A DNA stretch of 64,000 bases from an uncultured virus (IMG/VR IMGVR_UViG_3300027973_000046) (Duplodnaviria; Heunggongvirae; Uroviricota; Caudoviricetes): positions 1 to 64,000 of the IMG/VR virus record IMGVR_UViG_3300027973_000046, one strand, 5' to 3'. Numbering within the stretch: position 1 is the stretch's first letter; each line of letters opens with the position of its first letter. Positions 26,832-35,359 of the stretch are shown here, one piece after another. The translations under genes and the position numbers were made by a program. The notes below the pieces were generated by a model. That model saw nothing but the letters and a program-made list of their open reading frames with translations, searched no databases and was not told where the DNA came from.

Positions 26832-29831
26832 TCATTTTGCTTCTAGGGCGTCAAGCCTGTCTAACACTCTTTTTACTACGCTGATTATTATAGGGGCAAG
26901 ACTGTTGTAGTTAATATTTTCTGGGGTTGAGTCATCATTATATTCAACTATGTTTTCTAAACCGACTATGTCTGCTACCTCTTCAGCAATTAAACCTACT
27001 CTGTATGTAGTGTCACCTCTTTCTGAATCTGCTATACCCTGAAACTTAACTGGCCTCAAAGCTCTTAACTGATCGTCAGTAAAATCTACACTTTCAATAT
27101 TAGTTTTATATCTTCTTGAAGACGTAGATCTTGCAATAAGCCCACTCGAAGAGTTTAGGTATGCGTTAGCTCCAGCTGTTGTTGTGCTTGCTAAAGTGCC
27201 TAAAGTTGTAGTGGTTCTTTGAAAATAAACTTGTCCTCGATCTTGTCCAATTGAGGCATTAAATACAACTCCATTTGCTCCAGCATCTATGGCAAATTGA
27301 TCACCCTTCATTTGAACTTGGGTTGTGCTACATATAAGATAATTTGAATTGTCTGCTGCCATAGTAACACCATTAGCGTAAGCATGAAATAGTCCATAAG
27401 TTGTAGCATTTGCATTTGCTGTTGCTCCTGCATGCATTATTATTCCAGTGCTTGCTGTAGCAAGCACGTGGCCTCTTACTACGCTTCCATAAATAACCTG
27501 CAATGAATCTGTTGTAGAATCAATTAGTTGAACTCTGTTTCCTGAAGTACTAGTTTGAACTTTAGATCCAATAATTGTTCCGCCAGATATTGTATTACCA
27601 GTAATTGTATTTCCTTCAATTGTTGTACCAGAAATTCTTCCTCCAGTAATTGATCCGTTCCATCCGTCAAGAGTAATTTGGGTGTACCCGTCAGCATAAT
27701 AACTTCTAGACTTTATGTATCTATTACCAACAGTCCAACCGTTGGTAGTATCTCCTAAAGATATAGTTCCATCTGATTCTATATTTATAGTTTGGCTTGA
27801 TCCCTTGTATGCCCTTATTCCAAGACCATCTACAACAAAGCCATTTACTCCCGCTGTTCCACCTGCAATGTTTAGACGTGCCACGTCAATTGTTCCAGTT
27901 GTAATTCTATTACCATTAATTATGGTGGTGTTGTAAGCCAGTACAGTATTTATATCTGCAGCTGCCATCTTAAGGTCTGCCGCTTCTTTTGCAATCCTAG
28001 CTTTTTCTGCTGCTGCGGCAGCACTATCGCCTGCTGCAACAGCTTTATCGTATGCCTCTACACCCTTTAATCTTGCTGTTTCTGCTTTTTCCGCAGCGGC
28101 AGTTGCAGAGCCAATTGCAGCAACTGCATTTGCTCTAGTTTGATCTAATGTTGTTCCGTCAGATAGCTTTGCCCCTATAGTTAAAGTTCCAGTAAAATAT
28201 GCGTCACCATCAATGACTGCACCCGTTGCATAAACAATTCCGTCTATTCCAACCTTAAACTTAGCACTTGTTCCTATTTGGCTTCCCACCCAAATTCTAT
28301 ATGTGGGATCAGTAGAGCTTAATTTAACAATTGATGGAAGTGTTCCTGTAGTGTCTCCTAGAACTATGCTTCCGTCGCTACCAAGTATGGTGCCATTTTT
28401 TGAAATAGTTCCTACGGTTTGAGAAGTACCTTCAATTGTCCATCCGCCAATAAACCCTAGACGTGCATCAATTTTCCCGTCTGCTGCTGTTAGTGCAAAA
28501 GTTTGTCCCGTTGTATTACTTGTGCTTGTTGAGTTATATCCAAACAAACCTGCGCTATCAAATCTAACTCTTGCGCCAGTTAAAGGTGTTGGACCAGTAT
28601 ATAGAGTTCCGCCATTTAATCTGACATCTCCCGTAAATGATCCGCCAGTTGCATTTATTTTTCCAGTTGTGTATACATCAGACCCATCCCAATAAAAAAA
28701 CGCTGACGCACTTCCTACTCTAAACTGACCAGTATTTAACCAATAGTTGTGACCATAGTTTGTCGTTGATCTATCTAAAATTATTCCATTATAGGTTCCA
28801 AGGGTTTGAGATGGAGTAATTGTTGTTGATGTATTTATTGTTTGTGTAATTCCTGTTCCTATTTTAAATAGGTCTGCTGTTTTGCCACCGATAGAAATAA
28901 TGGATCTTAATTGAATATTTCCTGCTGGGGCATTGGGATCTGATATCGGGCCAAACTGACCAGAAGCAACTTGCCCAGTCACCGATTTATCCCAAGAGAT
29001 TGCATTGAAAGGGCTCTTTGCTGTAACCTGCCAATAATAAACTGTATTGGGGGTTAAGCCTGTTATAGAAAATTTGTTTGTTGCTCTACCGTCTACCTGG
29101 CCATATTCCCACAATGGGTTTGCAACAGTTGAGGGATCGTTTGCAGACCATCTTATTACATAGCCGTTTGTATTAGAATCAGTGCTTGCGGTCCAAGAAA
29201 CATCCATCTGTATGCTAAATCCGCTTTTATCTTCTGGGTCAATTACTCCACTAACAGAGACGCCAGTTGGTGCTTTTGGAGGAGTTGAAGTATCTGGGTC
29301 GTTTGCTAAAATATTAACAGGGCCAGCAGTTACTGAAGACCTGTTTGCATCTAGCCAGTTATCTCTTACTGTAACCTTTACCCATCTTGGAGCAAAGCTA
29401 TCTACCTGCACAGTTATATTTGTTGAAGTTCCAGTATAAACTATGTACTCTTCACCAGTAAACGACCCAGTAAGACTTTCAAATATTAAGATATCTGTTT
29501 GTACGCTTGCTGGATTTACATTAAACTTTACTCCATATGATTTAATTCCAGGAGTTAAAACTAAATCTGTTACTGGTAAGGTCTCATTAGGAATTGTAAA
29601 TGAGGTTGAAAATATAGGAGAGTTTGCACTTTCTGTTACCTGTTTAGTTTCTGGATCTTCGTATAAGTAAGTAAACCAAAACTTATATGTTTTTCCAACA
29701 ACAGGAACCATCTTTATAACTTTTGTATATGATTGTGCAGACGTAGTGGCTGCCGATGCTGCGGCTGCTACTGGATCTTTTTCAAAATCTGCGGGGATTC
29801 CTCCTCCGTCGTGCATCATATTTTCTCTCAT
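26832..29831 (-). CDS. Tail fibre/spike with FN3 domain and C-terminal S74 intramolecular chaperone
   Basis: FN3 (PPKAPTGV..VSW..GYVIRW..ITGLTPNTVYYWQV), Gly/Thr-rich beta repeats, SSRRYKTNI..LRPVKF..GLIAEEV. Confidence 0.85.
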   Translation of the reverse strand: MRENMMHDGGGIPADFEKDPVAAAASAATTSAQSYTKVIKMVPVVGKTYKFWFTYLYEDPETKQVTESANSPIFSTSFTIPNETLPVTDLVLTPGIKSYGVKFNVNPASVQTDILIFESLTGSFTGEEYIVYTGTSTNITVQVDSFAPRWVKVTVRDNWLDANRSSVTAGPVNILANDPDTSTPPKAPTGVSVSGVIDPEDKSGFSIQMDVSWTASTDSNTNGYVIRWSANDPSTVANPLWEYGQVDGRATNKFSITGLTPNTVYYWQVTAKSPFNAISWDKSVTGQVASGQFGPISDPNAPAGNIQLRSIISIGGKTADLFKIGTGITQTINTSTTITPSQTLGTYNGIILDRSTTNYGHNYWLNTGQFRVGSASAFFYWDGSDVYTTGKINATGGSFTGDVRLNGGTLYTGPTPLTGARVRFDSAGLFGYNSTSTSNTTGQTFALTAADGKIDARLGFIGGWTIEGTSQTVGTISKNGTILGSDGSIVLGDTTGTLPSIVKLSSTDPTYRIWVGSQIGTSAKFKVGIDGIVYATGAVIDGDAYFTGTLTIGAKLSDGTTLDQTRANAVAAIGSATAAAEKAETARLKGVEAYDKAVAAGDSAAAAAEKARIAKEAADLKMAAADINTVLAYNTTIINGNRITTGTIDVARLNIAGGTAGVNGFVVDGLGIRAYKGSSQTINIESDGTISLGDTTNGWTVGNRYIKSRSYYADGYTQITLDGWNGSITGGRISGTTIEGNTITGNTISGGTIIGSKVQTSTSGNRVQLIDSTTDSLQVIYGSVVRGHVLATASTGIIMHAGATANANATTYGLFHAYANGVTMAADNSNYLICSTTQVQMKGDQFAIDAGANGVVFNASIGQDRGQVYFQRTTTTLGTLASTTTAGANAYLNSSSGLIARSTSSRRYKTNIESVDFTDDQLRALRPVKFQGIADSERGDTTYRVGLIAEEVADIVGLENIVEYNDDSTPENINYNSLAPIIISVVKRVLDRLDALEAK

Positions 29832-30788
29832 TTAAAATGAAAGTCCTAATCTATACTCAATATCCATTTGCTTTCCTAGAGACTTAGTAATTAAATTGCT
29901 TGGCGAAAGTACTGACCTGCTTATCATTCCATAGTCTACTCTAAATGTATCTTCGTCATTTATTCTAAGACCATCCAGTAAAACTGTTGTTGCGCCAGAA
30001 CTTTTTGCTTTAGCTCCGACTGATATCTTTACAATAGAATTTTTATCTGGTGTGCCAGATGTAAATCCGCTGCTATATAGGCTGCTTAGATTCAACGATT
30101 TTACCTTATAGCCTACAGTAGCTTCTGACGGATACCTTATTTCATAGTAATTATTATTTGAGTCATATGCTCTAAGGAACACGTAGTCTAGATTTAGATC
30201 GCTTTGATAGTAGGCCATCGTCATACTGTCATTTGCGCTATATCCAGAAATGTCTAGATTAAAATCATAGAAATAATTTTTTGATTGTGAAGACGCAGCT
30301 ACTACTGACATGTAGTATGGTCCTATTTTAGGAGACGAGACAGTAACTAGGGCTGGGTAGTTACCTTCGCTATCTAGCCAAGACTGATTGTCTTCAAAAG
30401 AAGATATAGATCTACTTCCAAAATCAGTTGTACCAAGAGTTATGCTTGGGAACAGGCCAATCTCATTTATTATTCCAGAGACATCTACTGGTATGGTTGT
30501 TTTATATACAACGCCATATGTAGTCAATCCAGTTGAGGTACTTGTTTGTATATCTACGCTTGTAATATTTACTTCCGACCTATAAAATTCAAAATTTAAT
30601 TGAGTGTCATTTACCGTGGCTGGGGTTGAACCTATTCCCAAAGCAATATCTTTTGATGAGGTGTTGGACTGGCCAGCTAAGAACTGGGTTATATATCTTT
30701 TACCAAACTTGGTTAAAATATTTTTAGATCTTGCAATCTCTTTGCCATCTTCATAAAAAATATATTCTCCGTAAATTTTATTTTCCAT
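29832..30788 (-). CDS. Minor tail/baseplate protein
   Basis: SKNILTKFG, IALGIG..DTQL.FE, INEIGLF; tail cluster position. Confidence 0.6.
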   Translation of the reverse strand: MENKIYGEYIFYEDGKEIARSKNILTKFGKRYITQFLAGQSNTSSKDIALGIGSTPATVNDTQLNFEFYRSEVNITSVDIQTSTSTGLTTYGVVYKTTIPVDVSGIINEIGLFPSITLGTTDFGSRSISSFEDNQSWLDSEGNYPALVTVSSPKIGPYYMSVVAASSQSKNYFYDFNLDISGYSANDSMTMAYYQSDLNLDYVFLRAYDSNNNYYEIRYPSEATVGYKVKSLNLSSLYSSGFTSGTPDKNSIVKISVGAKAKSSGATTVLLDGLRINDEDTFRVDYGMISRSVLSPSNLITKSLGKQMDIEYRLGLSF

Positions 30789-31119
30789 ATCCTCTTACCC
30801 CCACAACTTCATCCCCTACGTGATTTTTAATATTAAAAACAAATTCAACGTATTGATTTTTATCTTTGTCCGTAATAAGTTTCTTGCTTACTAAAGTAAT
30901 GTCTTCAAGATTTGGAGGTCCGAATTCTCCTGGTGGTGGTGGAGGCGGCTCTTCCCCACCGTCATCCCCAGATACAACTCCGCTTTGCTGAAAAGAATAT
31001 GGAGATACCACTACGTAGTAGTCTGGCTTTAAAATTTTAATTAACGGGTCGCCTGGAAAAAGGAAAAGCTTTTGGGGCTTTGCATTTGAGGACGAAGGCT
31101 GTCTTGGGTTATAGGTCAT
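30778..31119 (-). CDS. Hypothetical virion protein with a polyproline tract
   Basis: EEPPPPPPGEFGPP; has its own extended -10 promoter. Confidence 0.55.
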   Translation of the reverse strand: MTYNPRQPSSSNAKPQKLFLFPGDPLIKILKPDYYVVVSPYSFQQSGVVSGDDGGEEPPPPPPGEFGPPNLEDITLVSKKLITDKDKNQYVEFVFNIKNHVGDEVVGVRGYGK

Positions 31120-31136
31120 ATTTACATTCTACCATT

Positions 31137-34100
31137 TCATCCAGTATAAATCGATCTGCAGACTATACTTGTAGTTGGCGGGGAAGCGGAATCATAAGTG
31201 TTGTCTAATGACAATATAACAAATTTACTAGCAGAATATCCTGTAGGAATCCCAACGTCCTCTGTTGAATATATCTTATTCTCTGGGTAAGATACCTGAA
31301 TTACATCTCCAACCTGCAAGAGTGGGTTAATAAAAGTTTGAAGAGTCAAAACCTTTTGTTGTTTTGACCACTGGTTTGTCATCCATTTTGCAAGAGACTT
31401 TGCTTCATCTTCTCTTTGAATCCAGGTAGAATCAAATGCAACCTGTTCTTTTTTGTCTTCGTCTGTGAGGTCAGGGTCAATATATTCAAATTGATCAGAA
31501 GGAGTTATAAAGTCTCCAACTACAATAAATTGTTTTTCTTCTCCGTTGGCAAGCGATGTAAAGGCACCAGTATTATTTAATACAAATGTGTCCATGGTAA
31601 ATGGATCCAGGGCTGTTCCAACAATTGTTACATCGTCATTGTTTACTAGCTGTGCATACCTTGGAAAGCCTGGTGTTGTATATCTAGCCTTGATTCTTCT
31701 TAGCTCTCTAGCTACTGGCCCAAATTCTTTTAGCCACGACACGGTTGATACCGTCTCGCCTTTATTAAATATAAAGTCTCCAAAAGTTTTTATTACAGAG
31801 GATGTACCTCCTACAAAACCTTTATATAAATCATATTCGTCTTTTGCAAGAAATTCTTCTTTTGCAATTGATGTTGTATATACATAGTCAAATGCTGATA
31901 TTCCCTGGAGGGATAGCAAACCAATTTTTTCTACTATTGTTAATGGGTCTGTATCAAGCACAGCAATAACTGCATTGTTAATTGATATCTTAAGAGCTAA
32001 AGCTTTTTTTGTTCCACCCGCTGGCTTTGACCAGTTCCCCTTTATGTCAATTCTATAAAGTTCTCCTCCATTAATGTTTGTTATAATTGTTCCATCTGAT
32101 TCTTTTTGTGATGTTGTCATTTTAACAATCTTGCCTGCTACTATTTTATAAAAATTAACATCTCTGTAATTTTTATCTACAGTGGCATTTTGAGAAGTTC
32201 CTATTGTAAGTAGGTATCCACTGGTGTTGTCGGCACTTAAAGAGAATGCAATCCCAGATATTGTTTTTTGGTTTCCTGTTGCCTTTTGAGACACATCGTC
32301 TACTAATAATGGGAAATACATATTTGTTCCTATTGCAAAGCTGTTGTTACTATCTGCAGTTACTTCTCCTAAAAATTTAGGACTATCGTGTGTGACTATT
32401 GAGTATATCTCATTTGGGGTAATAATCTTTGGTTTTGATGGATCTTCGTTATCTTTTTCTGTGTGCAGTGGTGCATAGATTGTCATCATTGATCTTGGTA
32501 TAGAGTTTAAAAGGTTATCTTTATTTTTTATAAGATTTCCTTTCTCGTCTTTTTCTACTTTTACCTGGTCTAATGTAAATAGAGAAGGCTTTTCTGCACC
32601 GAACGTTCCTGCTTTATGAGTCCATTCTCTTGCTTTCCACTCAGTAGTAAGGCTATCTAGTTTTACTTTGTGAGTTAAAGACTCTGTATCTGTAGGCTTT
32701 ACTACCTCAAAAACATTTCTAGATTTTATTCTATACACACCAGTTGGTTTAAATGAGTTTGGCATCGCTAACCCTTGATATTTTTGAATATCGGCTTCAG
32801 ATGTTACCCATTTCCACTCTGGGATTCCTGGAGATGTTTCAGATTTAGTTCCAATTTTAATAAATTCATACAGTATTGCATCGTATTCAATAATTTCTTT
32901 TTCTACAACTAGATACCCCGTAAATGAATAAAATTGTTTTTCGTATCCCGATATAACAACTGGCTCTAACTTAATTACTCCTTGAGGGTTGCTTAGGTCT
33001 GGCCTTTCAGGCTTCCAGTTTTCTGGCGCAACTGGGTCCAGATCATGTGTTAAAGCCGCAGCTCCTAGTGTTACTACTGGAGATGTGTATAGGTTGTCTG
33101 CATTTACTAAATAAGATGAGCTTAGCTGCGGGCTATATAAAACTTTAATTGCTTTCACTGAAGGAACGTTGTCAATAGACAAAGAAGATATGTTTGCTAG
33201 GTTTGTAACGGTACCATTAATTTTTGAAGAGTACCTAAAAGAAGCATTAATGGGATTATCTTTTGCAAATATTTTATCTCTAGGATAAAACTGCAGTACG
33301 TCATTATGGTCAAATATTGCTATCATTTGTGTGTCTTTGCATAAGTCCTGTATGTGTTGCCAGACTGTTTTTTCTTTATCCGTATACCAATGGAAGGGTG
33401 TTATCGTTGAATCATCTTCATCGGCTAAATTAAAAATATAGTTTGTAAATCCAACTGAATCTAAAAGCCTTCTAATTATTGCAACCGAAGACATGTCTGT
33501 TGTAACTATGTCTGGCGGCTTGATGTACTGCAACTCTTTGGCCCCATCTAATGACATTATGTCAACTAGACCAAACTCATCAGCGCTGTAGGAGTCTATA
33601 TAAAATGTTCCAAGCTTGACAATTTCCATATCTACTCTTACATACGGCCTTGCAATAACGTTTTTGTATAAATTAATTTTGTTTTTATTAAATGAATTTA
33701 CCTTGTCATAATTTTCATAAGCTTTATCGTATGCGTTTATTGACATTCTCATTGAGTTTGCTGTTACGTCTCCGACTGGAACTAGGCCGTCAACCTTGTC
33801 AGACGAGTTTGCCGATATATTAAATGACTCTACTCTATCGCTTACATCAATAACATATCTTGCCGATAGCTCTACCATACCAAGAAATCCTAATTTAGGA
33901 GCAGTGCTTGTATCTGGCTTGGTTGATATAGGTACGCTAATTTTCTTTACTTGTAATTTTAACTTATGTATATCAATAGATTTTTCGGTGTCTAAATCTG
34001 CTTCAACGGTTGTCCATAGAGGAAGACCCTTGTAGTATAGGTTTATTACTCCATTAACTATGCCAGCAGAAGTTCCATTATATATTACTGTTTCTGCTCC

Positions 34101-34673
34101 AAGTTTATCTGTTGTAGTTAAAGTCCATTCTGTTGGGGTTGAATGTGATGTTTCAAATTTAACAACTATCTTATTGGTTGCCGCTGTTTTTAAAATAGGA
34201 TACTCAACAGTTAATATGCAATTAGTCAGAGTGGTGTCTCCAGTGGCACTTAGAACAACAGCAGGTGAAACCCAATATTTATATGGTAGCTGCAAGCTTG
34301 AGAAGTATAATCTTTTGCTAAAAGAAGCTGACGATGAGTAAGACTGCTTTGATCCTATTCCGCTTTCTAGGTTTGCTCTTACGCTTCTGTCTCCATCAAT
34401 CATATACTGAATGCCAGCCAACTTTGGTCTTCTTGGATCAATTATGCTGGTTATTGGAAATAGCTTTTCAAATGGCTTGTATGTATTACCAAAAGAATCT
34501 GTTTTTGTTACCTGTAGGTCTCCTGCAGGATTTGTGGCTGTTCCATTTGGCCCACGCATAGTAACCCCATCAATTAATTCATTCATGTTGTATTCTAATG
34601 TGCAACCATTAGTCATCTTAAATGACTGTGATGTATTAATGTAGCTAAGCAGCCCTGGCGATCCTGTAATCAT
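31137..34673 (-). CDS. Large minor tail (hub/Tal-like) protein
   Basis: Second gene after the TMP; C-terminal WIQRE..A..LAKW, NPLLQVGDVIQV. Confidence 0.7.
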   Translation of the reverse strand: MITGSPGLLSYINTSQSFKMTNGCTLEYNMNELIDGVTMRGPNGTATNPAGDLQVTKTDSFGNTYKPFEKLFPITSIIDPRRPKLAGIQYMIDGDRSVRANLESGIGSKQSYSSSASFSKRLYFSSLQLPYKYWVSPAVVLSATGDTTLTNCILTVEYPILKTAATNKIVVKFETSHSTPTEWTLTTTDKLGAETVIYNGTSAGIVNGVINLYYKGLPLWTTVEADLDTEKSIDIHKLKLQVKKISVPISTKPDTSTAPKLGFLGMVELSARYVIDVSDRVESFNISANSSDKVDGLVPVGDVTANSMRMSINAYDKAYENYDKVNSFNKNKINLYKNVIARPYVRVDMEIVKLGTFYIDSYSADEFGLVDIMSLDGAKELQYIKPPDIVTTDMSSVAIIRRLLDSVGFTNYIFNLADEDDSTITPFHWYTDKEKTVWQHIQDLCKDTQMIAIFDHNDVLQFYPRDKIFAKDNPINASFRYSSKINGTVTNLANISSLSIDNVPSVKAIKVLYSPQLSSSYLVNADNLYTSPVVTLGAAALTHDLDPVAPENWKPERPDLSNPQGVIKLEPVVISGYEKQFYSFTGYLVVEKEIIEYDAILYEFIKIGTKSETSPGIPEWKWVTSEADIQKYQGLAMPNSFKPTGVYRIKSRNVFEVVKPTDTESLTHKVKLDSLTTEWKAREWTHKAGTFGAEKPSLFTLDQVKVEKDEKGNLIKNKDNLLNSIPRSMMTIYAPLHTEKDNEDPSKPKIITPNEIYSIVTHDSPKFLGEVTADSNNSFAIGTNMYFPLLVDDVSQKATGNQKTISGIAFSLSADNTSGYLLTIGTSQNATVDKNYRDVNFYKIVAGKIVKMTTSQKESDGTIITNINGGELYRIDIKGNWSKPAGGTKKALALKISINNAVIAVLDTDPLTIVEKIGLLSLQGISAFDYVYTTSIAKEEFLAKDEYDLYKGFVGGTSSVIKTFGDFIFNKGETVSTVSWLKEFGPVARELRRIKARYTTPGFPRYAQLVNNDDVTIVGTALDPFTMDTFVLNNTGAFTSLANGEEKQFIVVGDFITPSDQFEYIDPDLTDEDKKEQVAFDSTWIQREDEAKSLAKWMTNQWSKQQKVLTLQTFINPLLQVGDVIQVSYPENKIYSTEDVGIPTGYSASKFVILSLDNTYDSASPPTTSIVCRSIYTG

Positions 34674-35359
34674 TAAACTTCTTCCAGTGCTATAGATACA
34701 TCCCAAAATTCTTGCGGTTCTGGCAATACCGTGATGGCGGATGCTGTTGATGAAGTAGGTGTTCCAGCTATAGTCCCTGCAACAGTAAATGATGTTGGGG
34801 TAGCTGCGGTAACAGTAAATACTCCGTTATATGCTGCAAATGTTGCTCCAGATATGCTAACTTTATTTCCAACCGCAAAACTATTTTTACCAGTATATGT
34901 TGTTACTGCGCTGGCGTATGATATTGCAGTTATACTTGAATTTTTAAATACCCCGCCTGTTCTTAAATTTCTTTTTGTAACGGTAAAAGTGCAAGAGGTA
35001 AATGACATCATCATTGTTTTCTCTCTTGAAGCCACTCCATTTGGAGAAACCTTTACATTAAATGCACCTTGTCCAGCAGTTGATTCATAAAACTCTTTAA
35101 TGTTCATAGCTCCCCAAGCCCCATCTACTGTCATAGAGGCATAGGTTGGTAAGCCTGTCCAGCTGACCGAGAGCATGTCTTTGTCAGCAATAAATATTTT
35201 TCTTAATGTTCCATTTGACATTCTCTGGGTTTTTTCAATTCTCTGTATATCTAATGTGGCGCTTGCTCTATTGTGTTCACTTAATGGCTGCCAGACTGCA
35301 GGGGTAACTGATGAGTTTTCAAATGTTATAAGGGATCCAAGCGGAAGTGTCATTGCCAT
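34673..35359 (-). CDS. Distal-tail (Dit-like) protein with an inserted beta-rich domain
   Basis: First gene after the TMP; RMSNGTLRK..SVSWTGLP core ending WDVSIALEEV. Confidence 0.6.
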   Translation of the reverse strand: MAMTLPLGSLITFENSSVTPAVWQPLSEHNRASATLDIQRIEKTQRMSNGTLRKIFIADKDMLSVSWTGLPTYASMTVDGAWGAMNIKEFYESTAGQGAFNVKVSPNGVASREKTMMMSFTSCTFTVTKRNLRTGGVFKNSSITAISYASAVTTYTGKNSFAVGNKVSISGATFAAYNGVFTVTAATPTSFTVAGTIAGTPTSSTASAITVLPEPQEFWDVSIALEEV

